Made by a program: the position numbers and the translations under genes. DNA of 64,000 nt from the IMG/VR virus record IMGVR_UViG_3300019373_000270; one strand, given 5' to 3'. Under the pieces are notes generated by a model. The model was not told where the DNA came from, did no database searches, and saw only the letters and a program-made list of their open reading frames with translations. Below, piece by piece: positions 33,191 to 44,462 of the stretch. This DNA comes from an uncultured virus (IMG/VR IMGVR_UViG_3300019373_000270) (Duplodnaviria; Heunggongvirae; Uroviricota; Caudoviricetes). Position 1 is the first letter of the stretch. Each line of letters begins with the position of its first letter.

Positions 33191-33320
33191 TTGATCACCT
33201 CGAAAATTTATATGTTATTTATATTATATGTGATTTTTTTCTGCAGTAAAAATTTTATATAGTTTTTGTTTATACGAATTTTCCTATATAATTATAATTA
33301 AAAGGAAGGAGACGAGTGGT

Positions 33321-33548
33321 ATGACTTACTATGATGTTTTACACACCTGTGTGTTATTTTTTATTCTCGGCTTTATAGTTTCAATAGGATATTTACTCTT
33401 GTGCAGAATACGAACCATCAAGAAAAAACGACAAAAGAGCTTTAAACAGCCTGCAAAATTCGTTCCGGAACTCGACCTTGAACTAGATCAGGTTCAACCC
33501 TCCGTTGATGATTCTTCTGCCCTAAATAAAGACTTTAAGATCATGTGA
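33321..33548 (+). CDS. Small membrane protein
   Basis: TM segment followed by a basic stretch. Confidence 0.5.
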   Translation: MTYYDVLHTCVLFFILGFIVSIGYLLLCRIRTIKKKRQKSFKQPAKFVPELDLELDQVQPSVDDSSALNKDFKIM

Positions 33549-33565
33549 TAGAAAGGATAGAGCTT

Positions 33566-34759
33566 ATGAAAAATAAAGTGTTAGCAGCAGCTTCTGCAGC
33601 AATAATGTTGACATCACAAGTAACCGTTTTTGCATTGGATAATACAAATGGTGTTATGACTGCCGATGACGGAAATAATGTTGATTTTTCTGAAGTAATG
33701 CAGAGTGGTTCGGAACAGTCGCAAACAAATCGACCTGCAGCGCAGCCTGATACAGGCGTTACAGCAGACTTTGAAGGATTTCATCAGCAGATGGATGCTT
33801 TCTTAGAATCTGCCGGATTCAATTATTCCGATTTTACGTCGCAAAAATTCTCTTTGCCTGACATGTCCACAATTTCTTCTGAGGCAGATATGAAGGAACA
33901 ATACGCAGAGATGGTATCGGGACTTTCTAAATACGGTTTTGGGCAGCAAGCCGTTTTGCCTGATAATTCCGGATATACACTGAATGCAATAGGTTCTTTT
34001 AAAGAAGCATTCGGTGACGGATTGAAGTCAGGATTTACTCCGTATACAGAGTTCACTTTTGACAATCAGGCTGTATTTGCAGATTTTAACGCAAACCGGG
34101 ATGCGCTTTTCAGTTCTGCAAAAATGTCCACCGGATATAACGAGATAAGCCAGATGATGAATATAAGCGGTGCGTGGAGCAGTTTCAGTGATTGCAAAAA
34201 TAAGATCGACCCGGATAGTATAGATCCGGGATTGCTTGGTTTTAATACCTTAAAAAGTACAGTCGATTCCTATGCTATCAGTGGGATCGATGAACTTAAG
34301 AACGGATTTACAGGCAGTGAAACCCTCACTGTGAGCAATTTTGAGACAAGAAAACAGGAAGTTGAAGATATGAAGACTGAAATGAAGAAAACAGCAGATG
34401 ATGAATTTCAGATCGTATATACCGAGAAAGAGTTTATCCCTCCCAGTTATGATAATGGTTATATGGGAAAAAATGTTACTCTTCAGAAAACATACGACAT
34501 AAGAACCGACGGTATCCATGATTCTAAGGTGGATGAAAAACTAAAAAACGATCTCGGCCTTGATAATAGTGTCTCAGATATCGACTCATTGGCACAGGCT
34601 TTAAAAGACAATAAGGGGTCTGAAAATTATAAAGAGATGGAATCTGATGTCAATAAGGAAGATCATATAAAAGAAACTGTAAAAAATGCTGCCGATAAAA
34701 TAATAAAAGGCGAGTATATGATCGACCCTGTATCCGGTACTGCATTTCCGGTAGACTAA
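33566..34759 (+). CDS. Secreted hypothetical protein
   Basis: Signal peptide MKNKVLAAASAAIMLTSQVTVFA. Confidence 0.65.
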   Translation: MKNKVLAAASAAIMLTSQVTVFALDNTNGVMTADDGNNVDFSEVMQSGSEQSQTNRPAAQPDTGVTADFEGFHQQMDAFLESAGFNYSDFTSQKFSLPDMSTISSEADMKEQYAEMVSGLSKYGFGQQAVLPDNSGYTLNAIGSFKEAFGDGLKSGFTPYTEFTFDNQAVFADFNANRDALFSSAKMSTGYNEISQMMNISGAWSSFSDCKNKIDPDSIDPGLLGFNTLKSTVDSYAISGIDELKNGFTGSETLTVSNFETRKQEVEDMKTEMKKTADDEFQIVYTEKEFIPPSYDNGYMGKNVTLQKTYDIRTDGIHDSKVDEKLKNDLGLDNSVSDIDSLAQALKDNKGSENYKEMESDVNKEDHIKETVKNAADKIIKGEYMIDPVSGTAFPVD

Positions 34760-34818
34760 AATAACACACAAACCAAAAAAGACGGAAGGTCAAGATCTTG
34801 TTCCTTCCGTCTTTTTAA

Positions 34819-35181
34819 TTACAAAATAATTATTTTTTCATCATTATTATTTACTTTTTCTTCGATATCCGAATAATATTTACGTGCATTTTTTAATGCG
34901 TTTTTATCATCTGTGATCATTTCATAATACACTCCCTCAAACTCAGCAAACTGCGCACCATCTATCTTTTTTTCTTTAAAATAATCCATTAAAAATATTT
35001 TTAGCCGAATATCTTTTATTCCATTAAAATAATATCGTTTTTCATTATTTTTTATCTCAGTTTCAGCAGTAATAATTATCATTTCTGAAATTCTTTTTAT
35101 TGCAACGCATTTTGAATTTCTCAAATTTGTAAAACCCGCAATAAATAAATGATCGTAGTTACATAAAACAAAGTTTATCAT
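34819..35181 (-). CDS. Hypothetical protein
   Basis: AAGGAG SD, low GC. Confidence 0.5.
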   Translation of the reverse strand: MINFVLCNYDHLFIAGFTNLRNSKCVAIKRISEMIIITAETEIKNNEKRYYFNGIKDIRLKIFLMDYFKEKKIDGAQFAEFEGVYYEMITDDKNALKNARKYYSDIEEKVNNNDEKIIIL

Positions 35182-35401
35182 TTTTTACTCCTTTTATCAT
35201 TGTAGTTATCAATAGTATGACATAATTATATCATTCTTACATTGTATCTTATTTTATTAAAAAAGTCAATATGTATTGTTTTTGAGGTGTAAGATCTATA
35301 TTTTTTATTGAATATAATTTTCATATATAATTACTTTAGATCGCAGATTGATAATTGGAGTGTCTCGATCAAATATTATAAAATTTTAGGAGGACTAAAA
35401 A

Positions 35402-37057
35402 ATGATAGAAATTTCAAGACCCCTTTATGTAGCTAATAAAACAGAGAATTATCCTGAGGACTATATTTCCTCAGCACCGACCGTGACCAAAATCAAATGT
35501 GGAACAACCGGTGCTCCAGGAGTGGGAAACTCAATTAAGAATCCGGGCGTACATAAGTCCAAATTCTCAAATATTTTCCCGGCAATTATTAAAATACTTA
35601 AGAAAGAAATAAAGATTTCCGTTGCTGCGTTGGAAAACGACAATTTTTATGTTGAGATAAATGATATTTCTGTTATTATTAGTGAGCAAGAATTAAGTTC
35701 ATCAGAACAGTTATCTCGAATGGAGGTATTAGTTGCAGCCTTTATTGCTGCATATTGTACTACCAATAAGGAATTCGAAGAATTTAGAGATGTTACAAAG
35801 AGAATAATCGATAATATTAGATCTTCCGGCAAAGCGAAGTATGAGGATGTATTACTGATGTGTGATTCGTTCTACTACACACTCAGGAACAACGTTCCCA
35901 AGGATGCTGCTACCGGCGGATTCGGTTTTCACGAAGGTGAAAGCCTTACAGAAGAAAGTTTAAGAGAACTTGAAAGATTTTCTTCACCAAAAATCATAGA
36001 AGGTTTTTGGGAAAATGTATCTTTCTCTCATATCAATTTTACAGAGAAAAGATCAAAAAAGACTGTTGCAACATCAAATGACATAATTTCAAGATGTAAA
36101 AGTGGAGAATTCATTCTTCCTTACGAATGGGAGGATGATGATAAAAAACTTATACATCCGTTAAGTGAACTTGATCTATATATTCCGAGCGTAGATTTCG
36201 AAGATGCATTGCTTACGATGTTTAGATCAGCTTCTAAAATTATCCAGAATATGGATATGGGGAAAACGGGAGAAGATGCTATTGGCAATTACGGAAAATG
36301 TTTTGCTTTTATCGGAAAACCCGGAACCGGCAAAACGTCTATGTGCAAAGCTCTATGCACAGCTTTAGGTATTCCTTATTATCCTTGTACGACAACAAGA
36401 TACTCAGAAGAAGATGAGTATCAGGGAAAACTTAAGATATCCTCATCCGGAGAGAATACAGCAGCATATTCAAGCACGACCAGCAACTTCAGGTTCTGCG
36501 AAACACCATTTCTTAATGGTTTTGAACGTGGAGGAATGGTCATCCTAGAAGAATTCAACCTTGCCGACCCCGGTATGCTTATGGGCGCAATAGGGCAGGC
36601 AATTGAAAAACCTTTTATAATTGAGAAGGATGGGTATCTTCCAACTAAAAGACACCCTCTTTGCATTATATGTGTTACCTGTAACATAGGAACGCAAGGC
36701 TCTCAGATGCCATCCGAGGCGCTTTTTTCCAGAACACCTCATGTATTTGAAATAGATGACCCTGCGGATGACCAGTTTGTAAAAATACTGGCAAAACAGA
36801 CCGAAGACGTTACTGAAGGTCAGATCAAGTCTGTATATCAGACTTACCGCAAGGTACTTGACTGGCTTAAGAATGAAAACTTGTCGGACCTCATTAAGGT
36901 TCTGACTTTGAGGCATTGTCTTGCTGCACTGGATCAGATAGCAGCCGGAGTTCCAACAAAAAAGGCCTTGATAAGAACTATGGTAAATCCTCTCAAGGTC
37001 TACGCGCCGGAAGTTGCCGAAGATGTAAAAGTCGGAATTATTGACATAATAAAATAA
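35402..37057 (+). CDS. MoxR/CbbQ/CobS-like AAA+ ATPase
   Basis: GKPGTGKT, ILEEFNLA, CVTCN, EALFSR. Confidence 0.85.
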   Translation: MIEISRPLYVANKTENYPEDYISSAPTVTKIKCGTTGAPGVGNSIKNPGVHKSKFSNIFPAIIKILKKEIKISVAALENDNFYVEINDISVIISEQELSSSEQLSRMEVLVAAFIAAYCTTNKEFEEFRDVTKRIIDNIRSSGKAKYEDVLLMCDSFYYTLRNNVPKDAATGGFGFHEGESLTEESLRELERFSSPKIIEGFWENVSFSHINFTEKRSKKTVATSNDIISRCKSGEFILPYEWEDDDKKLIHPLSELDLYIPSVDFEDALLTMFRSASKIIQNMDMGKTGEDAIGNYGKCFAFIGKPGTGKTSMCKALCTALGIPYYPCTTTRYSEEDEYQGKLKISSSGENTAAYSSTTSNFRFCETPFLNGFERGGMVILEEFNLADPGMLMGAIGQAIEKPFIIEKDGYLPTKRHPLCIICVTCNIGTQGSQMPSEALFSRTPHVFEIDDPADDQFVKILAKQTEDVTEGQIKSVYQTYRKVLDWLKNENLSDLIKVLTLRHCLAALDQIAAGVPTKKALIRTMVNPLKVYAPEVAEDVKVGIIDIIK

Positions 37058-37119
37058 ACGTAAGATATGGTTGGCCGCAGTCAGATGACTGTGGCTGATC
37101 ATCTGATTGAGGAGGAAAT

Positions 37120-39510
37120 ATGAAAACAAAATCTAACGCAGATATCTCCCGTTTTTGGAATGGATATTTCAGAAGACTATCTAAGATCGATTCTATGATA
37201 GTCGGAAGTAAGATAAATGTAAGAAAGTGCGATGATGCTCTTGCTTATACGCATTCTATATATAATCAAAGGAATATTTACATCAACCCATTTCACGAAG
37301 AAGTTCCCAAAGATCTTGTGGATGCTAAAAGATTTGTTAACGGGCTAAATGCTCATGAAGTAGGACATCAGAGATTTTCAGACTTTGATGCACACAAAAA
37401 CTTCCTGAAAATACTTGAAACCGGTTCAAATATAAACCTTTTGAGCTGGCAGAAAAAATTCGGGGTTCCGATCAAGGAACTGACTAAGCCATTAAATAAA
37501 AGGGAATTATCTGTTTTTCACAATGTATGGAATATAATAGAAGATACATCGATTGAATATTGGACTTACGAAACTACCGGTGGTGATTTCCCTAAGGATT
37601 TGCGATTTACCGTCGCAACAACTTATAAGAATGGTCCAAAAATAAACGAATGTCAAACGCCATACGAACAGGTCACTACAGCAATGATCCAGTACGGCGA
37701 CCTGGGAATACTTAAAGGACGTTTCACATTCGACGAAGCCAGAAAGTATTTTCTTGAAATTCAGCCCTTATATGATAAGGCAGTTGAGGAAGAAGAAGCC
37801 AAAAAACGCATACTTATTTCTTATACTATTTTCGAAAAACTTCGCCCGCTATGGGAGCCGGTGCTTGAACTGGAGGAATTGATCGAAAAAATGCTCAAAA
37901 CTCTTGCTGCTGATATTGCAGACAATAAAGGAAGAGGATCTTTCTCCGGCTGTGCTTCGCTGGCATCTATGGACGATAAAGACGAAGACGAGATAAGGAA
38001 AAAAGAAAAGAAAGAAAAAAGAAAGATAAAAACGATAGAAATGACTCAAAGGGAATTTTCGGAGCTATTAAAAGACACAAACGAAAATGATGAAGACGAT
38101 CACAAAGAAGTACTCATTTCCGAATCGTCAAAGAACGGTGAAGAAGATAGCGCTTCTGAAGAAAATGATACTTCTAAATACAATAGTGTTTCAGAAGACG
38201 ATGACACTTCCAATGATAATGACACCTCAGAAGACGATGACGCTTCCAATGATGATGACACCGCCGAAGATGATGACACTTCCAATGATGATGACACTTC
38301 CGATGAAGATGACACCGCCGAAGACGATGACACTTCTGATGATGATGACACCGCCGAAGACGATGACACTTCTGATGATGATGACACCGCCGAAGACGAT
38401 GACACTTCCGATGACGATGACACTTCCGATGAAGATGACACTTCAGAAGATGATGATTTTGATGATGTTAATATCAACAGTGAAAATGACAGACTTGTGC
38501 TCGCTGAGATCGATATAGACTCGATAGATACCGATCTTGAAGATGAAGATATTTACGAAGATTCCTATATATCTCCGGAGGACATCGAAAGAATACGACA
38601 GGAAATCGATGATATTATCGATAATGAGATAATCTTCGAAAAGCGAGAATCGAGTAACTCGGAATGTATTGACTTCCCTGATATTCGAGGAAGAGGCTTC
38701 ACAAAAGCGCGTTGTAAAAATCTAATGGTTGAAGGAGAGGCATCTCTTAGTGATGCTTACGATAGAGAAGTGTCATACATCCTTTCTGACATAAACAGAC
38801 TTGCTGAGAAGTTTAAAAGGGCATCCGCAAAACCCAATACTATCAAAACTCGCAAGAGTTCAGGCCGCTTGTCTGTAGATAGATATGCCAGACTTGAAGC
38901 TCACCCTACAACAAAGCTTTTTGAAAAAAGAAGAGTTGCAGGAAAGAGCGATCTTGCAGTTTACATTTCTGTCGATGAAAGCGCATCGATGTCCGGAAAT
39001 AGATGCAACTCCGCAAGGAGAGCGACAATAGGTATAGCAGAGGCATGTGCAAAAGCTAATATACCGATATATATTATGGGATTCACCGCTGATATCGGTG
39101 GTTATCAAGCGTACCACTTGCATTATGTCAAGTGGAAAAACACGGTGAACGAAAGATATTCACTAATGAACATTTCGGCAAGAAGCAATAATTTCGATGG
39201 CTACAGCATACGTTATGCAGCTAAACTGCTTCAGAAAAGACCAGAAAAAAACAAGCTGCTGATAGTAATATCAGATGGACAGCCCGCAGCTAATGCATAT
39301 AGTAGCTACTCCAACATCGGCGTTGCCGATACAAAGGATGCAGTACGTCAGGCAACTGCCGATGGCATTATCGTTCACGGTATAGCTATAGGTGGAAATG
39401 ATGACAACGTATTAAGAGAGATCTACGGTGTTAATTACACCGAGAATAACAATCTCTCCGACCTTCTGAAAGAGTTTGGCTCGGCTATACTAAAACAGCT
39501 GACAAAATAA
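37120..39510 (+). CDS. CobT/NorD-like VWA protein with N-terminal HExxH domain and acidic repeat
   Basis: AHEVGH, WNIIED, VDESASM MIDAS, LIVISDGQP. Confidence 0.85.
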   Translation: MKTKSNADISRFWNGYFRRLSKIDSMIVGSKINVRKCDDALAYTHSIYNQRNIYINPFHEEVPKDLVDAKRFVNGLNAHEVGHQRFSDFDAHKNFLKILETGSNINLLSWQKKFGVPIKELTKPLNKRELSVFHNVWNIIEDTSIEYWTYETTGGDFPKDLRFTVATTYKNGPKINECQTPYEQVTTAMIQYGDLGILKGRFTFDEARKYFLEIQPLYDKAVEEEEAKKRILISYTIFEKLRPLWEPVLELEELIEKMLKTLAADIADNKGRGSFSGCASLASMDDKDEDEIRKKEKKEKRKIKTIEMTQREFSELLKDTNENDEDDHKEVLISESSKNGEEDSASEENDTSKYNSVSEDDDTSNDNDTSEDDDASNDDDTAEDDDTSNDDDTSDEDDTAEDDDTSDDDDTAEDDDTSDDDDTAEDDDTSDDDDTSDEDDTSEDDDFDDVNINSENDRLVLAEIDIDSIDTDLEDEDIYEDSYISPEDIERIRQEIDDIIDNEIIFEKRESSNSECIDFPDIRGRGFTKARCKNLMVEGEASLSDAYDREVSYILSDINRLAEKFKRASAKPNTIKTRKSSGRLSVDRYARLEAHPTTKLFEKRRVAGKSDLAVYISVDESASMSGNRCNSARRATIGIAEACAKANIPIYIMGFTADIGGYQAYHLHYVKWKNTVNERYSLMNISARSNNFDGYSIRYAAKLLQKRPEKNKLLIVISDGQPAANAYSSYSNIGVADTKDAVRQATADGIIVHGIAIGGNDDNVLREIYGVNYTENNNLSDLLKEFGSAILKQLTK
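38191..38460 (+). repeat. 18-bp coding tandem repeat, about 15 units (SEDDDT/SDDDDT/AEDDDT)
   Basis: GAAGACGATGACACTTCC-type units in tandem. Confidence 0.9.
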
Positions 39511-39526
39511 AGAAAAGAGGTATATA

Positions 39527-40003
39527 ATGCTTATCGAAGACGGAAAAAGCATGTATCTTGTATCTGATGATCCAAAAATGATACAGTATATGAAAGCACT
39601 TGAAGAAAAATATGGCGGCAATACAGCAGAGATACAGGAGCTACCACTTGCTCCGCTGGAACATGATAGATCTGCAGAGAATGAACGAGAATCAAAAAGT
39701 TCCAACACAGATCTGACCGATAAATACAAGGCTCTTGAGATGAAAGAAAAAGAACTTATATCTATCATCGCTTTGTATATTAAGGCGGTCAAAGAAGATA
39801 GCGGGCTTTCTTACGAAGAAAAAATAGTCAAGTTCACAAAAGATATCCCTGATTTTGTTAGACCAATTTACAGAGAAATCGTTAGAGGAAAAGGATATAA
39901 TAAATTAAAAGATCTTCTCAACGATAGCAATCAGGATATGTCGCAAGTATTTGATGAAATACTTGAGCGTTTAAGAGATAAAGTAAAGTCCTATAGAATT
40001 TGA
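39527..40003 (+). CDS. Hypothetical protein
   Basis: GAGG SD, same operon as the VWA gene. Confidence 0.55.
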   Translation: MLIEDGKSMYLVSDDPKMIQYMKALEEKYGGNTAEIQELPLAPLEHDRSAENERESKSSNTDLTDKYKALEMKEKELISIIALYIKAVKEDSGLSYEEKIVKFTKDIPDFVRPIYREIVRGKGYNKLKDLLNDSNQDMSQVFDEILERLRDKVKSYRI

Positions 40004-40099
40004 TCGACGAAAAAGGCTCTTGCTTTCGCAAGGGCTTTTCTTTTTACATAAATTTTCTGCTATAATATATTTAAATAGTTGAAAGGAAGATGAAATATT

Positions 40100-40372
40100 A
40101 TGATCATGAAATTTAATGACAAGGAATTGTATATACAATCAAAAATGTATCATGCTGCATCGAAAATAGCTGAATTCATTTTGACTACCATTCGAACTAA
40201 CACCAGAAAAAATAAACAGACAGCTTTTTACTATGCTATAATTATTGCACTGCATACTTTAACAGGAGAGATGTTATCCGCTATCGATGAAACGGAACTG
40301 GATATTCTGTTACGTGCTTGGGATGAAAACAACTCAAAACCGGAAAATAACGAAAAAAACTCTGACAGCTAA
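40100..40372 (+). CDS. Hypothetical protein
   Basis: Own promoter AATTTTCTGCTATAAT and SD. Confidence 0.5.
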   Translation: MIMKFNDKELYIQSKMYHAASKIAEFILTTIRTNTRKNKQTAFYYAIIIALHTLTGEMLSAIDETELDILLRAWDENNSKPENNEKNSDS

Positions 40373-40394
40373 ATGTCAGAGTTTTTTACTTACT

Positions 40395-42374
40395 TTATAT
40401 AAATTTTTCTATTTTAAATCCTACAAACTTATGACCTTTATATTCCTGAGCTGCAAGTTTACCTATGACTCCATATATTTCTCCATACTGATTTACTAAA
40501 CCTTCTATTTTGATCGAATTTCCTGAGAAAAGATCTTCTAACTCGTTTTCACTGAAAGTATGACCACCCCATTCAGAATTGATTTGAACGGTTTTCCCAT
40601 TCCAGTTTCCTGTAATCTTATCCTTAACTTTAACAGGCGTTATAGCCATTACCGTTCTCATTTCAGTGCCATTCTTTTTCATGGTTTCAATATCTTGTAT
40701 GATCAATTCTTGCATTTTGTTGAGTAGTATTTCAGGATCACTTTTTCCTGCTGCGATATCTTTCATGTCTGCCATAACCTGTTCCGTTATCTTTATATCC
40801 CCGATATTTGTACCGGGAAGTATACGATAACTCATTTCACCGTATTGAGTCATTGTTATTTTACCGCTTTTATCTATTAAAAGCGGATATTTGGACGAAT
40901 CATCAGTAACATCCGAATAAGTGCTGACCCTGGTTGCACCTGTCCCAACATCATATTTTTCAAGTTGTTTCATGAGCCATTTCTGGGTAGGCGCAGCAGG
41001 CTTCTTCGGAAATCCTTCATGTATGAATGGTTTAGCTGTTTTCCCCAGTTCTTTTCCGATGCTTTTTTCATCATCATCCGAATAATTAAATACAGCTTTG
41101 TAACCTATCTTTTTTGGTACTGAAACCTTTCCGATAAAATCAGGATAGCTTTCTATATGACCTTTTTGAAATTCATACTCATAGTCTTCGGCAAGCATAG
41201 CCAGATAGTTTTTCGCTAATGTAGAATATATTTCCTCTGCGCCTTTGCCGTATTTTTTCAGAGAACTTAAAGTTTTAGGAACTACAGGCCCCGGGCGATT
41301 AGCTCCATGCGCACATCCGGCAGAAATATGAGTTGAACGGGCTGTTCTGTGAGTCAGCAGGGAAGTCTTAACACCGACTACATTAGCTATTTCATCTATT
41401 TTGGGAAGAAGCTCGTTAAACTGATCAATCGTGATCTTCTTATCTTCTGTTCGGGGATAACTCACTATCTGATCTTCATACATCTTTTGATAAGTAGCCA
41501 GCAGCTCTTTTGCTTTTATTCCTTTTGATGAAAGAATTGAAGATAAAGCAGCCAGATCCAGCAGCTTCCCCGGCGGTTGAGATCGCATTTCCTTAGACTC
41601 GACTACAACATTAGATGGCTTGTATACGTTCGGAACATCAGCTTTATTTGGATAGTTTTTTTCTGATTTATTTGTATATACATTTCCGTTCTCATCTTTG
41701 AATCTTGTCTGATAAAATGGTGTTTTCTTGTATTCTTTGACTGCTCTAAGCTGTTCTCCGACAAGCCATACCATCGCAGACTTTAATCTGCCTTGTCTCA
41801 AAAGTGATCTTCCGTCACCTAGAACAGTAGCAACTCTTGTAAACTGTATGGAAAGATAGTCCCATTTTGTCCGATAAAGGGCTTTGATGTAGTCCATATC
41901 ACTGTCCATTGAAGGAATCGTTTTTCTATTGATAAATGCTTTCTGTATATTGACCGCAGCTTCATCCGGGAAATACATTCTGGAGTATTTCTTAGGTTTA
42001 AGATCCAGTTCGCTTAATATTTCCCATGCAAGCAGTTCTCCTTCGCCGGAAGGATCATCGTCCGTTGCAATAACTATCTCGTCACATTTAGATAATGTAT
42101 CGTAGATCTGCTTGAGTAAAGCCTCTGCACCGGGTTTCTTAACTCTCTTCCATTTGAGGTCTTTTTCGTTCCATGGCAGATTAGATATGTTCCATGACTT
42201 GTATTTATCAGATAATGATGCGATTACCTGCTTGTAAGGTTCTGCATACTCGTACAGATGTCCTTTAGCGTGTGTTAAAATATAAGATTCGCCATTATAG
42301 ACTCCACTTGTACCTCCCAGTGCTTTTTTGAAATTTTCAAAAGCACTGTTTTTTTCTGTCAGTATTCCTATCAC
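40395..42374 (-). CDS. Type IA DNA topoisomerase (TopB/TraE-like)
   Basis: LTEK, AKGHLYE, IATDDDPSGEGE, GRLKS, VSYPRTE catalytic Tyr, VGTGATR. Confidence 0.9.
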   Translation of the reverse strand: MIGILTEKNSAFENFKKALGGTSGVYNGESYILTHAKGHLYEYAEPYKQVIASLSDKYKSWNISNLPWNEKDLKWKRVKKPGAEALLKQIYDTLSKCDEIVIATDDDPSGEGELLAWEILSELDLKPKKYSRMYFPDEAAVNIQKAFINRKTIPSMDSDMDYIKALYRTKWDYLSIQFTRVATVLGDGRSLLRQGRLKSAMVWLVGEQLRAVKEYKKTPFYQTRFKDENGNVYTNKSEKNYPNKADVPNVYKPSNVVVESKEMRSQPPGKLLDLAALSSILSSKGIKAKELLATYQKMYEDQIVSYPRTEDKKITIDQFNELLPKIDEIANVVGVKTSLLTHRTARSTHISAGCAHGANRPGPVVPKTLSSLKKYGKGAEEIYSTLAKNYLAMLAEDYEYEFQKGHIESYPDFIGKVSVPKKIGYKAVFNYSDDDEKSIGKELGKTAKPFIHEGFPKKPAAPTQKWLMKQLEKYDVGTGATRVSTYSDVTDDSSKYPLLIDKSGKITMTQYGEMSYRILPGTNIGDIKITEQVMADMKDIAAGKSDPEILLNKMQELIIQDIETMKKNGTEMRTVMAITPVKVKDKITGNWNGKTVQINSEWGGHTFSENELEDLFSGNSIKIEGLVNQYGEIYGVIGKLAAQEYKGHKFVGFKIEKFI

Positions 42375-42380
42375 GAACGC

Positions 42381-43157
42381 CTACCTCTTTTCGTTTTCAT
42401 TCTCATTGAATATTATCATAGCAGACATATTATCTTCGTATTTCCTTATTTTCGCTGCATCTATCAGTGCTTTTACCGCCGACTTTGTATTGTTGGCCGC
42501 TAATACAAGCTCCATAATGATATGCTGCCAGAGAGCACAGTGAACGCCATCCGTCGTTATCACTACGATCCCACTCTTAAAATCAAATGTTCCTGTCTGT
42601 ATCTGAGGTTCAGCAAATGAACCAATGTTGCTGATTAGCTGATGCCTTGCTACACTTTCCATGTATCCTCGTTCATCTATCTTGTTTTGAAGAAGATCAT
42701 TATAATTAGCCGTATGATCAACAGTCATCTGTATGATCTTAGGCTCTTTGTTTTTGTTGGTGGTGATATAATGCAGCCTTGTGTTTCCACAGTGACCGAA
42801 ATAAGCCTTATCTTTATGAATAATGCAGCAAGTCATACTGCACCCAAAATTCGGAAATCTTTCGTCATTTACTACATGGAACACTCCAAGCACCCTATTT
42901 GCCAAATAAAAAGCCTCGTCTAAAAGGCTGTCCGAATCCTCGAAAATATATGCACCTTCTCGATCATATCGTCTTTTAATGAGACTAACGACCTCTGAAC
43001 AGGCGATACCGGCAGGATTATACATATCTTCAAGTCCGCCTGTACCATCAGCAACTATAAAAAGAAAAGTGTCGGGATCAAGTGCTGTCTGATATATTAT
43101 ATCCTCCTGCCGCTCTCTCCCGATACCTATATCACTCAATCCATCAAAAACAATCAT
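42381..43157 (-). CDS. PP2C-family Ser/Thr phosphatase
   Basis: GRERQED, VADGTGG, HCGNTR, TVDHT, TTDGV, EDNMS. Confidence 0.9.
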   Translation of the reverse strand: MIVFDGLSDIGIGRERQEDIIYQTALDPDTFLFIVADGTGGLEDMYNPAGIACSEVVSLIKRRYDREGAYIFEDSDSLLDEAFYLANRVLGVFHVVNDERFPNFGCSMTCCIIHKDKAYFGHCGNTRLHYITTNKNKEPKIIQMTVDHTANYNDLLQNKIDERGYMESVARHQLISNIGSFAEPQIQTGTFDFKSGIVVITTDGVHCALWQHIIMELVLAANNTKSAVKALIDAAKIRKYEDNMSAMIIFNENENEKR

Positions 43158-43703
43158 TTATTCGGCTGAATTATCAGCCTCCACCTCCTTTAAATTATCA
43201 TCATTGGTAAGGATCACTGCTGCATTGTACACTGCATAGTCGTCGATTATCTTGTCTTTGTAATTAAGATATATGTAAGATACCTCAACCGCAGAATAGG
43301 GGGACCCTGTCTGATCAACGGATGCTGTATACAGACCGTTGATATCGTCAAACAACATTTCGAAGGCCGCCAACCCTTTTTTAGCATCACTGTCGCTTTT
43401 AGGGTCAATAGTCACCTTACTTTTTTGCTCTGTATAATTCTGCTGAACATAAAAGAGCATATCTTGATCTACTTCTAGTTCGATCAGAAAATCATCAGAA
43501 GACATTTTACCCATTACGTACAATGTATATATGTCTTCCGTTGACTTGATCAGTTCATTGAGTTTTTCGTCTGTTTCATCAAGCGAAATTATCCACTCTT
43601 CTGCTTTGACTTCTTTTATTTGTTCCTCAACTTCTTTTTCACATCCGGATAAAAAAGTTAACGATAGAGACATCAACAAAGCAATTATTTTTTTCAATTT
43701 CAA
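43158..43703 (-). CDS. Lipoprotein
   Basis: LSGC lipobox. Confidence 0.7.
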   Translation of the reverse strand: MKLKKIIALLMSLSLTFLSGCEKEVEEQIKEVKAEEWIISLDETDEKLNELIKSTEDIYTLYVMGKMSSDDFLIELEVDQDMLFYVQQNYTEQKSKVTIDPKSDSDAKKGLAAFEMLFDDINGLYTASVDQTGSPYSAVEVSYIYLNYKDKIIDDYAVYNAAVILTNDDNLKEVEADNSAE

Positions 43704-43709
43704 ACACTC

Positions 43710-44462
43710 CTAATATTTTCTTCCGGATTCTTCTATAAACTCCTGATACTGCTTTTTGTAATAATCATAAAAAATATCGTCTTTCTCAGATTCCGGCAAA
43801 GCGTCATGCAGAAAATCGATAGGGGATTCGTAGAACTGCTCAGCTATATCACGAAGTTTCCATTTGTCTAGCCACTTCAAGATATTTCTGTCGCCAAACA
43901 ATCTATAAACATCCTCAATGCTTTCAAAGTCGTTCTGCAAACTTATAGCATGCTGAAGACAGATCGCTACCTTGAGTTTGCCATCGTTTACGACATCGAA
44001 AAAATGCTTAGGAAACTTTTTCAAATCACCATTGAGCAGTTCCATATAAGTTTCGATAATTATAGACCTTTCATTCACTTTGTAGCGATCACCAAAAACA
44101 TACTTAAGAAGTATCTGAATATCAGATCTGACCATCCTCTTATGAACTTCGCCATCATTCTTAGTGGTATAAAATCTTACCTTGCCGTTAGGCTCATTGG
44201 TAAAATTGATATAGGATAGATATTTGTCGAGTTTATATTGTTTTAGAAGTTCGAAATCCACCTTTTGTTCGGCAGTTTCAGGATCCCAACCTAAAATATT
44301 GACTATGAGATAACGGAAGATCTCAACAGCCACAGCATTATTTCTATCCTTGTTCTCTCCAAAGTAATAAGTTGAGAACTGCCTTCTTTTCCCGCATAAT
44401 ATCTCTTCATATTCGAGTATCAGAGCCATTTTCTGTTTATCTGTTATGATCATTATAAACAC
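43710..44462 (-). CDS. DUF4046-like hypothetical protein
   Basis: Duplicated YEEILCGKRRQF / YMELLNGDLKKFP units. Confidence 0.5.
   Translation of the reverse strand: MFIMIITDKQKMALILEYEEILCGKRRQFSTYYFGENKDRNNAVAVEIFRYLIVNILGWDPETAEQKVDFELLKQYKLDKYLSYINFTNEPNGKVRFYTTKNDGEVHKRMVRSDIQILLKYVFGDRYKVNERSIIIETYMELLNGDLKKFPKHFFDVVNDGKLKVAICLQHAISLQNDFESIEDVYRLFGDRNILKWLDKWKLRDIAEQFYESPIDFLHDALPESEKDDIFYDYYKKQYQEFIEESGRKY

Noticed and set aside
38087..38518. Alternative-frame MMMTPPKT and SSSEV ORFs
   Set aside because: By-products of the 18-bp repeat inside the VWA gene.
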